64,000 nucleotides of DNA from Octopus bimaculoides (taxonomy: Eukaryota). This document shows positions 14,500 through 28,285 of this stretch, piece after piece. The notes beneath the pieces are model-generated. The model worked only from the letters and a program-made list of their open reading frames with translations, was not told the DNA's origin and did not search any database. Where the stretch lies: assembly GCF_001194135.2 (NCBI RefSeq), contig NC_068981.1:167483679-167547678 (forward strand). Reading direction: 5' to 3'. Position 1 is the first letter of the stretch; each line of letters opens with the position of its first letter. Position numbers and translations under genes: made by a program.

Positions 14500-14815
14500 G
14501 TTAAGATCGTTTTTCCGGGTTTGGTTAGTTTCTGGAGAATTAGTGAATCACACAGAGTCACATTCGCTTGCGTCTCATGCGATGATATGGGTTCATGTAG
14601 TTTTTCAGATATAGATTTTTCTAAGTGTTCCTTAAACACATTCACATGTATGCTGCGCTGATCTCTGAGGTTCTTGGTCGGGCAATGCAATGCTGTAGTT
14701 CCTTGAATCCTAAGCTGTCAATATATTAGATCCTTATTCTAGATGGAGACAGTGGAACCGGGGTATCCAATTCGTGGTTGGTATAGTTTTCAATCCTAAA
14801 TTTAACTGCTAGACT
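14500..14815 (-). pseudogene. CR1-like LINE C-terminal remnant
   Basis: IQGTTALHCPTKNLRDQRSIHVNVFKEHLEKSISEKLHEP...CDSLILQ resembles the GPxLFNxLPxxLR...FKxxLDxxLxxVPDEP...SNSL tail. Confidence 0.55.
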
Positions 14816-15613
14816 ATCCGTGTATGTATGTATGTATGTATGTATGTATGTATCTATCTATATATATATATATAAATATATCTATATATATATATATANN
14901 NNNNNNNNNNNNNNNNNNNNNNNNNNNNNNNNNNNNNNNNNNNNNNNNNNNNNNNNNNNNNNNNNNNNNNNNNNNNNNNNNNNNNNNNNNNNNNNNNNNN
15001 NNNNNNNNNNNNNNNNNNNNNNNNNNNNNNNNNNNNNNNNNNNNNNNNNNNNNNNNNNNNNNNNNNNNNNNNNNNNNNNNNNNNNNNNNNNNNNNNNNNN
15101 NNNNNNNNNNNNNNNNNNNNNNNNNNNNNNNNNNNNNNNNNNNNNNNNNNNNNNNNNNNNNNNNNNNNNNNNNNNNNNNNNNNNNNNNNNNNNNNNNNNN
15201 NNNNNNNNNNNNNNNNNNNNNNNNNNNNNNNNNNNNNNNNNNNNNNNNNNNNNNNNNNNNNNNNNNNNNNNNNNNNNNNNNNNNNNNNNNNNNNNNNNNN
15301 NNNNNNNNNNNNNNNNNNNNNNNNNNNNNNNNNNNNNNNNNNNNNNNNNNNNNNNNNNNNNNNNNNNNNNNNNNNNNNNNNNNNNNNNNNNNNNNNNNNN
15401 NNNNNNNNNNNNNNNNNNNNNNNNNNNNNNNNNNNNNNNNNNNNNNNNNNNNNNNNNNNNNNNNNNNNNNNNNNNNNNNNNNNNNNNNNNNNNNNNNNNN
15501 NNNNNNNNNNNNNNNNNNNNNNNNNNNNNNNNNNNNNNNNNNNNNNNNNNNNNNNNNNNNNNNNNNNNNNNNNNNNNNNNNNNNNNNNNNNNNNTATAGA
15601 CATATATATGTAA

Positions 15614-15644
<31 letters not shown>

Positions 15645-15710
15645 CATACATACATATATATACACATATATATATACATACATAAATACACACACACACG
15701 CACACACACG

Positions 15711-15759
<49 letters not shown>

Positions 15760-15819
15760 TATCCTACATGGAGAAATACATGCGCGTATGTTCATTCATA
15801 CAATAATACATAACTGTAT

Positions 15820-16020
15820 GCTTTGAAACCTCGAGTTTCTACATCCATATTATAAATTCAAATAATAATTAACACACTGACCTTTGTAAGTAAATGCCTA
15901 AATGATAGTCTGGAAAATCTGGGGCTTTCAGAATAAGAAATCAACTCATTAACACACATTACAAATGTAATCTGTAAACGGAACAGTTAAAGTATGCAAG
16001 ACTTTTCTCATTTCAAAGAT
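15820..16020 (+). pseudogene. 3' end of an RLE LINE (R4/Dong type), subfamily GTVKxCKTF
   Basis: NLEFLHPYYKF, SKCLNDSLENLGLS, SVNGTVKVCKTFL across frameshifts. Confidence 0.6.
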
Positions 16021-16094
16021 GGAACTTTGTATCTTTGTTAGAAACCAGCTCCTTCCTTACACAAGAAGATTTCAGATAATTAAAACTAGAAGGC

Positions 16095-16556
16095 ATACAT
16101 ACATACATACATACATGCATACATACATACATACATACGTACAAATAAACATACATAGATACAAACATTCATACATATGTACATACATAACAAGCATATA
16201 GACATATATGAATACATGCATACAAATATTCATGCATATGTACATACATACAAACATATATACATGCATGCATACATACATACATACGTACATACAGACA
16301 TACGTAGAAACATATATAAATGAATGAATATATACAAACATATATACATACATATATTCATACATGCATATATACGTACATGCATATATACAAACATACA
16401 TAAATACATACATACATACAAATATACACATATCCATCCATCCATATATACATACAGACATATATACATAAAAACACACATGCAAACATACATATATACA
16501 TATGTACAAACATATATACATACATGCATACGAACATTGATACAAGCATACATACA

Positions 16557-16589
<33 letters not shown>

Positions 16590-16590
16590 G
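16095..16590. repeat. (TACA)n / (TA)n compound microsatellite
   Basis: Read directly. Confidence 0.95.
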
Positions 16591-17329
16591 CATAGAAACA
16601 TCTGAGCGAGTAGGTGGGAAGAAAGATGTTTGGAAATGTGCTGAGAATTTTCGTATAGAGAAAGCTATAATGTCACAGGTGGAAGGCATGTGAAGTATTT
16701 GATAATAGTCGGCTAGATTACATGAAAACTATCGATTCTGTTCTGCACTCATCAATGCTAGCATCCTCCGATTCCTTATGTCCAGAAATTACATTCTGAG
16801 CCATAGGGCATTTGCTCTCACTTTAGATCGTTTTCCTGAAAAAAAGTACAAGAAGTCATTGTTCGGGGACTTGCTTAAGTAAATTTCAACAACGCGGTCT
16901 TTCTGTGATGTTTCTACGTGGGTGTCACATAATGATGGGACACCCTTTATTTATAATTTCTAAGACTGTCGCTACTTGTCTATGCTTGTTCCAGTCTTAG
17001 TTGTGTTTAAAATATGTCTATTCATTACGCGAAACTTTGTACATACTGTAAAATCGTTATCCTTTCTATTGAGGAAATTCGAATGGAATATATTCCGCTC
17101 ACAAGAAGACAGAAAAGTCTATCTTGCACGTTGCTTCTTTGTGGGCAACCTGAAAGTACATAGTTAAAATTGGAGTGTTATGAAGAAGAAACTCGATATA
17201 GTTACAGTTCTCATAGTATACAGGAATGGATTTTGGCTAGGATAAATATCGCTATTTGAGTATAGAACAAGAGTAACCTCTAAGCCAATATTGCAGAATC
17301 TCTATCAATGATACTAAATATTGAAGCAA

Positions 17330-17445
17330 TAATCTTGAGTGTTTAGGTGTTTTCTATCAAATAAAAAACTTCAGTTAACCCACATGTTGCAAATTCAACT
17401 GGTAAAGAGAACAATGAGATTATGCAAGACTTTTCTAAAGTTTAC
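17330..17445 (+). pseudogene. Short 3' remnant of the same RLE LINE family
   Basis: THMLQIQLVKRTMRLCKTFLKF. Confidence 0.5.
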
Positions 17446-17859
17446 TGCGTGACTCATTGATGTTGCTGATGCCCAATTCTCTATTATGAGGCATCATTTA
17501 CTGATTAAGAATCTGCTTCTTCTTTATGGAAACAACTCGAAGAATAAAAAGAGCACGTACATTATGCATATACATGCACAATGTAAAGGGGAAAAAGAGG
17601 AAAAGGAGGCTATTTGAATGGCTGTAGATATAGATAAAGCAAAAATGAAAGAAAGAAATATGGAAAATAGAAATATGGATATGAATAATTGAATAGATAT
17701 CCAGACATACGGGCATGCATAGAATTAAATGCAAAGACAGCTAGATTTGTAACAGATAGCTAGTTCTGTGATAGACAGATAGATGTGCATAACGATAGAA
17801 TTGTAAAGATGAATATATACATTGATAAATATATCTAATTAGATGTGTAAATGATATCT

Positions 17860-17910
<51 letters not shown>

Positions 17911-19274
17911 GCGTGTGTCTCTGTGTGTGTCTCAGGTGTGAGAGAGACAGATGCATTTATAAATTGATAGCAAGATGCGGATGCTGGGGAATTAAAATAT
18001 AAAAGGAAGTAGAGGAAAATTCGATCAATTACTGTTAGGTTATGCAAATTTTACACCTCTCTTAATTAAGTAACTGAAAATAAATTGAACTAAAGTTAAT
18101 AACCGACCGGGTTCTCATATAAAATTTCCAATTCTGTGAAAAAATGCAACAACTCAGGAGCAAATTTATGGCTAGCCAGCAATGAAGTGACTACCATTAT
18201 AATCTCATAAATCTGCCACCATAATAAATTTTCCGCTGAGTATAAAATAGCTGAACAAATATGATGTCTGCTCGTTTATAAACGTATGCTTGCACACACA
18301 AACGGACAGACACATAACATATATATATACTTTACATTTAATTGGGTGCAGTCATTGAACTGTATATACTCTGCGTGACCGGCGTGAGTTTTCGTATTTA
18401 TTCTATCGTGCTGCACAAAAATGTTCAACACCTCAGTTTAAATTTATCTCAAACTAGTCCCACGCTTTCTCAAGTCCTTTGGTTTGCTAAAAAATCGAGC
18501 GTCTCACCATGAGTGGACAATGTAAGTATATAGCATATATATTCAAAAGAAGTTTTAGTTACGATTATATTTCGAGTTTTATTGATCTGTTTATTACTTT
18601 CTCATGCTCCAGTCTGACGTAACCCACACCAAAGCAATATACTGCCACGCTCTACTTCTGTTTACCCATTCTAACTAGTGTTTACCTAGTGTTTACCCAT
18701 GTCGGTAACACTGGTATAGGCTCTATTGTAGGTGTAATAACTAGAATTGCTAACTCAAACCTGAATGTTTCGATTAAAGACATTTCAGTCTGCAGTTGTG
18801 TACATTCTACCAAACATGGCTGAATGCACAAGCCCTGCATACGCGCGCGCGCGCACACACACACACACACACACGCGCGCGCGTATATACATACATGCAT
18901 ACATACATATATGCATACATACATACGTACATACATACTTATATACATACATGTAAGCATATATACCTATGGCGTGTATTAAAACTAATTGGAAAAATTC
19001 CCTACAGACTAAATTATGAAAAAAATAAGTAATTACGATATCAAAGCAAAGTACATCGATCAGATGATTCATTATTTCGGTTTTAAAGGATCACTTAACT
19101 TATCAATTAAAAGAAGATAGAGCAAAGTGAATAGATATTTCAGGTAAAAGGATAAAATAGGAAATGATGGCATTAGTAGATTGGCTGTCGAAGATCTTTG
19201 ATATCCTCACCGATTTTATATTTGCAGTGAGAAACATATATCTATGTAAAAAGTATCGTCCATGGTTCCAGATA

Positions 19275-19557
19275 TTGTTGTTGGCACTTCGTCGCTTACG
19301 ACGTCGAGGGTTCCAGTTGATCCGATCAACGGAACAGCCTGCTCGTGAAATTAACATGCAAGTGGCTGAGCACTCCACAGACACGTGTACCCTTAACGTA
19401 GTTCTCGGGGATATTCAGCGTGATACAGAGTGTGACAAGGCTGACCCTTTGAATTACAGACACAACAGAAACAGGAAGTAAGAGTGAGAGAAAGTTGTGG
19501 TGAAAGAGTACAGCAGGGTTCGCCACCATCCCCTGCCGGAGCCTCGTGGAGCTTTAA
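19275..19557 (-). mobile_element. Ceph-like SINE with RTE-type tail, head truncated
   Basis: Highly similar reverse complement of 33800-34085; tail CGTCGTAAGCGACGAAGTGCCAACAACAA. Confidence 0.8.
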
Positions 19558-19864
19558 CCACTTTATGTTGGTACTTTTGTAATTATATGCGGCCATCAAA
19601 ATAGGAGGATTATTAAACAGTTTCACCCAAGGAATAACTTGTTCTTGTATGTCTTAATTTCGGCAGTTAAGAGGTGAGGCAACTCAACCACACGCGCGCG
19701 CGCGCATAAATACACACACATGCACACACACGTGTGCACGCACACACAAACACACTCACATATACACACCTATCCACACACATACGCACCTATCCACACA
19801 CATACACTCAAAGTTGTAATGAAGTCAAATCAAATAGAGATATTTTGAAATAATTTAATACGCA

Positions 19865-20030
19865 CGTTTTTGGTCTGTGTAAATATATAACAGAAATGTA
19901 TGCATTACGTAATGCCTTCCTCAGTTAAAAGATTTCAAAATTTCAATATTTTCAAATGTTTTAACCGAGGAAGGTTTTATGTGATGGATACATTTCCATA
20001 TATATATTACACAGGCTGAAACGTATGAAT
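19865..20030. repeat. Small imperfect palindrome with degenerate hammerhead-like cores in both arms
   Basis: CCTTCCTCAGTTAAAA vs TTTTAACCGAGGAAGG; ACGTTT..GTCTGTGTAAATATATAACAGAAATGTAT vs ATACATTTCCATATATATATTACACAGGCTGAAACGT. Confidence 0.6.
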
Positions 20031-20227
20031 TAAATGATTTCAAAATATCACTATTCGGTTTAACTTCATTACTACCAACGATCCGGCTCGATGCCAGCTC
20101 AACCTACTCAGTCCACACGTTCTAACAAGGATTTGGAGTATTCGAATCGAATGCTGGCACTATGCACCGCTTCTTAGCATAAGTGCCCCATCATTGCCAC
20201 AGCTGAAAGACATAACAGAATAACTGA

Positions 20228-20299
<72 letters not shown>

Positions 20300-20716
20300 C
20301 TGCGTGTTCTTGATGTATGTATATGAATGTATATATGTATACAAATATATTACATACACAGATGACTACGAAAGCTGCGAAGATGGATGTCAGGTACAGC
20401 AGGACGTTCAGGTCTAATGATCTTGTTGGCTTGAGATAAACTTTATATAAGGTACACACACTTACACACACATTTGTAGATACATGCACACACTCACATA
20501 TGTATGTATATGACATACAAGTATTTATTTGCATATATTTACAGTATGAGAAAGAACTCAGAGTAGCCAGTGGCATATATTTGGACAAGTATGAATAAGA
20601 GTATATTAAAAAGCCAAATTCTTGCTTTTTTAAAAAAACTATCTTCGCTTACAGAATGTAGATCATTGACTTGGTGGGATTGTGTCTGTGTGTGTGTGCA
20701 TGTGTGTGTGTGTATT

Positions 20717-20768
<52 letters not shown>

Positions 20769-21030
20769 TACATACAAACACATATAAAATAAGAGGAGAT
20801 TAGTAAATCCGAGTTGGTTTCTCAGTAATCTCGAGGTTACTGGCTAGCACAGTGTAGATAAATAGATGGTTTACCTTAAAGAAAACTGTCCATATAAATT
20901 AAAATTTCATGGCTAGCAAGTTAGACCCAGAGTAAGATATATTAAGTCAAAGATAGGAATTTATGGTATTGTATTAAATACTTTAGTTACGTTCGTTTCA
21001 ACATAACATAGAATTGAAATATTGATTTGA

Positions 21031-21438
21031 TTTCAAATTTTGGTACAAGGCCTGCAATTTTGGAGAAGTGTGTAAGTCGGTTACTTCGGCCCCTAAAGTT
21101 GAACTGGTACTTATTGTGTTGATGAAAGATACAGTCAACGTCGGTGGAGTGTGAAAGTAGAACATAAAGACAGACAAAATGCCGCTAAGCATTTTCTCTG
21201 GCGCGGTAACGTCTCTTCCAGCTCGCCAAATATAAAGATTGATTCCAAATTTTGACACAAGGCCAATAAATTCGAGGGAGGGGTAAATCGATTACATCTA
21301 CCTCAGTGTTCAACTGGTACTCATTTTATCGAGCTAGAAAGGGTGAAAGGTAAGTCGACCATGATGGAATTTGAGAGCAGAACGCAAATACAGCGAAATG
21401 GCGCTAAGCCCGGCGTGTTAACAATTCTGCTAGCTCGC
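21031..21438 (-). mobile_element. Two tandem family-M SINEs (about 21031-21227 and 21243-21438)
   Basis: Each reads CAAATTTTG..ACAAGGCC...ACTGGTACT...GTC.AC...GAA...GCTAAGC...C.AGCTCGC on the plus strand. Confidence 0.75.
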
Positions 21439-22794
21439 AGAATGAATTTATAATGAAGGAATGATATTTATAATATTACAGCATATTCATGTAATACTTT
21501 CAAAATTTTGTCTGAGGAATTGCACATGGTTTATATGTCCTAATATTAAAAATTCATTAATTATGTATATTTTATTGATATTTATAGTCATGTAATGTTT
21601 TTTTCTATGTAGTACAATAGAATTAAATGTAATGTCATGAATTTCTGTTTTCGACTAAATACACATACATACACATGAATATACACATATATACATACGT
21701 ACATACATATATAAATACATACATTTTCACCGCATACATAAAATACATCCATGTATTTACACACAGTACATATACCACATAAGATACAATGTGTGTGTGT
21801 ATGTGTGTATGTGTGTGTGTGTGTGTGTATTATACGTGGGTTGTAAATGTATTGCTATTTATGTGATGTGTTTTATACATAGATATTTATTTGGCGATCG
21901 ATTTAGTGTTGTAATTATTTTATGTTTTATTGTCTTTTTAGCAATACTTTACCACGATTAGATTATATATGCACGCCCATTGTCACCCGTATCAATAAAT
22001 ATGCTGCCCTACTTCCACTGACATTCATGTACAGCTGTGTACATGTGTTTATGCAAAGTTCAAGATGCCAGAGTTCTACACTGAAAAATGATTTTACAAA
22101 TAAATCGCCATGGGAATTTACAAGTATATGCTGTTTTCAAGAATAGGTAGAGTTAAAAATGAATAAGCGCAAGAGAAAAGGCCTTCGCTTAATGCCTAAC
22201 ATTACTTTAATAATCTCATCAAATAGGGGAGATAACTCTATAAACGTTTTGGTCTTATTAGCCTCCATCAGCATAATATGAACTTCAACGTTCTGGTTGA
22301 AATAGCAATAAGAGTCATCAATCCCTTAACTGAAAAATTAAATTTCATAGCTATTCTAGTAATAATGTTGAATATAATTACCAAAATCTAGAACTGGTGT
22401 ATTCTGCAAGTCACGTTGTCTCAATAAACTTGACATATCTCAACAAAAAAATAGTTTCAAGCACAATAGATGGATAGATATGGAAATAAAAGCCCATCCA
22501 ACGTACTCACACAATCCAACGCTTAAAGAAACAGAAGTTCAACAGACGTTCAACACCATCACTCCTTTAACAAAAAAGCATGAATGAATTAACAGGAAAC
22601 ATCTTTCATAATTCAGATATAAAGATTTTCCACATGCACACCATAGAAACACAAACGAACAATAATATAATACAAGACAAGATGATAATACGAAAGTACA
22701 GAAGCATCATCCAGCGCAAATAGTACAATATATTGCAGTACATTAAGACGTATGCCCTAGTGGTTAAGGTGTTGTACTCATCCTTTTAGTTCCT

Positions 22795-22893
22795 ACTTGT
22801 TTCAGTCATTTGACTTCAGCCATGCTGGAGAACCGCCTTTAGTCGAACAAATCGACCCCAGGACTTATTCTTTGTAAGCCTAATACTTATTCT
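22795..22893 (-). mobile_element. 3' part of a family-R SINE (OR/CORE-like)
   Basis: TACTTGTTTCAGTCATTTGACTTCAGCCATGCTGGAGAACCGCCTTTAGTCGAACAAATCGACCCCAGGACTTATTC matches 55638-56093. Confidence 0.8.
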
Positions 22894-23770
22894 CTCGTCT
22901 ACACAAAGTACCTGATGGACAAGAAAAGACAGTGACACTCTCGTAATCCCAAGGTGCAACCGCATGTGTAAGCTATGTCATGCTTCTAGAGAAGACATTA
23001 CGCATGTAATTAGCAGCTGTCCTAAAACGTCGTCACGTTACTACCTCCCTATGCGGCTCGATCTTGTTATTATAATATATTCCATGCTATAATGTAGTAA
23101 ATTTTTTCTTGAACATTCGCTGCTGGAATTGTAATGCGTCTGATACGCCTGTGCGTCATTTATGCCATTAAATACGGTATATAGAATTTGTATGTAAGTA
23201 CTACTATCAAGACACCATTGTAAGGATCTGTAACACTCTCTTGTTAACAACTATTTCATTAATTACTATATTCACAACTCATGATGCATTAAAACGTCAA
23301 CTAGAAACAGAATGGCTTTGGCCATCGAAGATTTCAATTCTCTACATGGCATAAATAAGACGCATTACAATTTCAGCAGTGAATATTCAAGAGAAAATTT
23401 ACTACATTATAGCATGGAATATATTATAGTATCACTGTGATGTATAGAACCAGAGTTACCTTTCTGGGTAGTGGGGAATGTGTCTTATATGTCATCAAAT
23501 GCAGTACGTTTCATAGAGCACCCCGACCAGATGGCCTCCAAATTCTGGTTCGCTCTGCTCGACAAAAGATAAATCTTGCTAGAATCACACCTTGTTTTAA
23601 AAATGAAATATATGGAAATTCACATACCGAATGTAGACCCAGATGCACGATGTAGAAAAGCAGAAAATGCGAGATATTTTGGCTGGAATATCTTCGATCA
23701 GAGGTCTGCTCAGGTATGTTCGTCAGGCGGGTTAAACAATTGCAACATTTGTTCATTTAACTGTTTAGTG
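22893..23770 (+). pseudogene. RLE LINE C-terminal fragment with CCHC knuckle, interrupted by a MITE
   Basis: TKYLMDKKR...CNRMCKLCHASREDITHVISSCPKTSSRYYLPMR (C-X2-C-X8-H-X4-C); extension beyond 23430 is weak. Confidence 0.65.
23071..23428. mobile_element. 358-bp MITE-like element with about 90-bp terminal inverted repeats
   Basis: TATAATATATTCCATGCTATAATGTAGTAAATTTT..CTTGAA.ATTC.CTGCTG.AATTGTAATGCGTCT at the left end and its reverse complement at about 23345-23428; TA at both ends. Confidence 0.75.
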
Positions 23771-24513
23771 TGTTCAACATAGAGATAGCCTAGCAGCAAT
23801 ACGAATATTCGATAGGTACTACATAACCTTTTTATTTATATTGCTATTTAATTATATACGCTTGTACATATTCATTGTTCACATTAGTCTGTGTGTGAGT
23901 CTACACACACGCATACAAATACACGTGCGCACGCACACACGCACACACATACACACAAAAATACACATATACACATACATGCAGACACACAAATTTGTAT
24001 TTTTACTCATACGTAGAAATGTAGGAAATTTACAGCAGGATACTCTGTATGTTATCGACTAATACAGTTCCGCAGTACATAAGAGAGTTGGGAAATATTA
24101 AGTAACAATGTGAGTCAGACATAATAAAGATAGAAAAACCAAATACATTTGTATGTCTATGAAACCTAATATATCTATAATCGCAGCCATCTTTTTTGTA
24201 TGTATATGCATGTATGCCTATTTTTGCATATGTTTTCTTTGAGTATCGTTTAAATTCTTATTTACAAAATTGAAGCCGGTCATTAACTAAGAGATATATC
24301 TTTTTTATTTGAATCTAGGGAGTTCCAGGGATTCGTGAATATGTGTGTGTGTGAGCTAATGATTTTGAATAAATGTGTGCATGTGGATACTATTACATTC
24401 ATGTAATGGCTGTGAATATCTCAGTAGTGCTCCAGTGTGTATTTGATTACTCTTTATGTATGGATGCCATACACACACAAGCTGATTATGCGCATAAATT
24501 CATTTAAGGAAAC

Positions 24514-25300
24514 TCAAATGCAGAATTTTTGGAATATTTTACGAATCATTGCTGTACCAATAATTGATTGCAATTTAAGGATGCAGATCAGTTTACTTTG
24601 TTCTTTCTTGGAAATCCATACATCTTCACACTTTTATGCGAATCTGTCATTACGAAGTCTAGTACACGAATGAAAACCTATAACCCGGATACAAAAGATG
24701 CAAATACCTCATTATCTCACTGCTAGATTTTCTCTTTTTCCATAATTTTAGATTAGAGATCCACATCCGTTTGGCAGTTGGCTTACACAGCATTGCCTGG
24801 TTTTTGTTCGTTTTCCTATAAAACACTATCGAATCTTTGGTGTTTGCTTATGGTTGCTGTTTTCATTTGAATCTTCCGTCAATATTCCTTATTTTTAAAG
24901 TCGTGAATACTTTCTTGTCATGATGTGCCTTTCATATAATCGTCTGCACAATCAACCCTTCAGAATGTTTTGTCTTGTGGAAGATTGTAAGTTGATAACA
25001 TCTTGCGGTAGTTATTGATGATGTAGATGAGATCGTCCACACTTATATGCAACAATCAATACATTCTGCCACAAGGTAGAGTTTTGGAGACATATTTACC
25101 TCTTTCATTGCTTAGATATTTATCAGCTGTCTGCAATTCCTTAATAGGGAGAGATATCTATGTAACAAGACTGGAGTGACTACGTTTCTGTCAATATTTA
25201 TGTTTATGTTTTCCTAGAGAATTAGAAACAGTTAGAAACAATTAGAAACAAAGTGAATCTAACTTGCGGGATATTACCTTTCTGTGATGTGAATATTTCT
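24514..25300 (-). pseudogene. RLE LINE C-terminal remnant (R4/Dong type)
   Basis: KYLSNER...CGRMY*LLHISVDDLIYII...NKEY*RKIQMKTAT...LHLLYPGYRF...KLQSIIGTAMIRKIFQKF; colinear with 22893 and 15820 copies. Confidence 0.72.
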
Positions 25301-26814
25301 CTCTCGAGCATTTACTTAATGAAATTCGGCCGTTTATCCTTGCTTTAAATAGATTGCTCAGTATGACTGTTGATTTGGAACTTACTGTTGGTGGCAGTCT
25401 TACGAGTTTTAACGAGTCTGTGGCTGATCCCTTCAAGTGTCCAGTCTAGTATCACAAATGTTGGTACTATCACTGGCTCTATAAAGCATTAAAATATATA
25501 GTCGTATAAAGTGAGGACAGCTCTGGCTTTTACACCTTCCTAAGTTGCTAAAATATTATTTTGTCTGGCTAGACTTACTTACAGTATCTACATATTCCAT
25601 TTTCTCGTTGATTTTGAGGTGCATGGAGGATTCGTCATTAGAAGGAGGGGGAAAACAGACAGGTTGTTGGTATCCACATTCCTTACCAAACAAACTATCT
25701 TTCCTCGATTGGCTATTAAATATGAATATTTATCTTGACCAAATTCCATTCTTATATCACGTGCTGTGATCCGTTATGCGTCTTGGTACTGTGAATATTA
25801 CCGGAATACAACTTCAGATCATTGACTAAATAAAGAGTGCTTATAATAATTTTTCTCTCATTCGTAAATCTTAACATGTAATCTGCATTTTTTAACAAGA
25901 CTGATAAGAGGTTCTCTGTTAACGAGGGTAAGCGGCGTTTTAGACGAGTAGACCCTCTGGAATGTTCCTGTCTATAATCTACTTCCTTCTGTGACAGGTA
26001 TCTGTGTGATGTGTATTAGCTGTATGGATCATGTTGTTAATCTTTTGCTGGTGCCAACTATAGCAGATGGTACCGTTGTGGTGATACTAGAGACAAGCAC
26101 TTTCTTATAATCTACTCATTGGGTCAGCAGTTGTCAGCGATGGTAACCTGCCCTCTCCTCTTAAAGTTACTGTTGATAATGAGGAGCCGTTCGGCAGAGT
26201 CTGAGTCTTTCTTTGTGTCTGTTCATCATTAACCGCGTTTGTTTGGGAGTGAATTTGGAGAAACACATTCAAACAATTAATGTACAGTTTATATGTAACA
26301 TTTAAGCGTTTTATGGGGCTTTAGTTTTTGGTGACATGTATTTTTTTGTTTCTTAAGTAATGTACAATTAACTAACTAGTCTGCTACATGAGTTCAGCGG
26401 TCATTGTGTTTTGAAACAGATCGACGAGAACATGTACTTTCCATACCAATATCCAACTCTCAGATCTCTCCCAGATGATATTCCAGTCATTATTTCTATA
26501 AAAAAATGTCCAGAGAATTTCAATGTCGATGTCATGTTTTGGGTGACACATTTGCATAGTATTCATTCCGCAGCTGACTTAACCACACTGCATAACAGTT
26601 ATACTGTTTATACCGATGCTCTAAATTCTGGACACTTTCTTATACAGTTGTTATTTGTTGTCCTTATGTCTGATTCCTCCTCATTTTTGTCATCTTCGAA
26701 GGATAAATTTCAGATTTAAATATACTAAAATACTAAAATATTAGCATAGAAATATATGAAATACTATATAAAGTATAATAACATTATTTACTTTAGAATA
26801 TGATAGCTTATAAA

Positions 26815-27135
26815 AGTATTTAGTAGGATAACCTTTTGCTTCAATGATCGCATTAATTCTTGGCGTGGAAGTGATGAAATTCTTTAACTTTTCAGGATTT
26901 ATGATTCTAAACGATGCAGTTGTTAATTGCTGAAATTAATTGCTCAAATTAATAGTGTTCTGATACTTGGCTAGTAAACCGATTCCAGTCTCTTGATTCC
27001 CGAACATAAATGTTCTCTCCGATAAAAGTCAGAGAAATTTCGAGCCCATTGTGAACGCTTGTTTTATGATCTTTCAAACATTCACACAGGATTTTGCTGT
27101 ATGACATGGTACACAGTCTTGCTAAATAGTGACAT
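26815..27135 (-). pseudogene. Old Tc1-family transposase C-terminal remnant
   Basis: QDCVPCHTAKS (compare QDNAPCHTAK), WARNFSDFYRREHL (compare WPPNSPDLNPIEHL), PRINAIIEAKGYPTKY; 5' side cut by a SINE tail at about 27139-27225. Confidence 0.6.
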
Positions 27136-28098
27136 CGCCTTGGGTCGATTCGTTCGACTATAATTCTGCAAGGCGGTGCCCCAGCAGAGCTAAAGACGTA
27201 TCGCTGAAACAAGTAAAAGACAGGAGATATTGTGCAAACTAAAACTCCACTCGCTGTGGCTCTGCGTTTCGCATTTCAATTTCAGAGGGAAGTGAAGGGT
27301 AGAATAACAAGAGTTAATCTAACTTAGAAGTATTCAAAGACGATGTCGGGTTTTACTAGGATCCTGAAACAAAAACAGTTCATTTTTCAACGATTGCATA
27401 AATGTGTGTGAGATACATAAAATACTGCTTTGCAAGAAATGAATGTAATAAATCAAAGATCAATGGTACAAAAATTATTGTAAAAAAAAAATATTGCATG
27501 GAAAATATTTCCATGGGAAAAACTATTTGCTGCTGGGATTATGCATCTGTAAAATAATCGTTGTCATTTGCATAGAAAAATTTCCACAAATTGATCAAAG
27601 GTGTATGTCATGTGAGTATGTTTGTGTGTGTCAGCGAGTAATACCGTGCATAAATCATTCCTTACCCGCGCATACAAAGGCAAAAAACACACATGCACAT
27701 ATATACACACAGCTTATTCATGTATACATACATGGATTTGTTAACATACCTACAAATGAAGACATAAATTTACATATATGCGTATGTACAGATACGCACA
27801 CACCTACCGTCATGTTGTCTCACATATAACGAGTGAACAGCAACAGAATATTAATATGAATACAGTCAAATTATAGAATAATAATTTAAAATGTTATTGT
27901 TATATTTGGAGGATGGTCATAGTTTTTTTGCCAATTAACCAAGCGTACTAAATACTTGCCCTTCACTTCAGTTTTATTATTATTTTATTTTAGTGTCCGT
28001 TGTCTGAAATCTTTTGTCACACAACTTGTGACCTCCTTAGCGATTCTCCATCCAATGTGTCTCATCCTGTTCTGTTTATTCCATTCAGTCTTTCTGTC

Positions 28099-28101
28099 TC
28101 A

Positions 28102-28190
<89 letters not shown>

Positions 28191-28228
28191 GAAGAAGAAG
28201 AAGAAGAACAACAACAACAACAATAATG

Positions 28229-28263
<35 letters not shown>

Positions 28264-28285
28264 TAATAATAATAATAATAATAAA
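28099..28285. repeat. (AAT)n-(AAG)n-(AAC)n-(AAT)n trinucleotide array
   Basis: Read directly. Confidence 0.97.

Noticed and set aside
12971-16689. Many YI-, VC-, HT- and MYVC-rich ORFs (also poly-N, poly-S, poly-T, poly-V elsewhere)
   Set aside because: Translations of di-, tri- and tetranucleotide microsatellites
26384-26719. 102-aa plus-strand and 60-aa minus-strand ORFs
   Set aside because: No recognisable motif or convincing splice context; length within chance expectation
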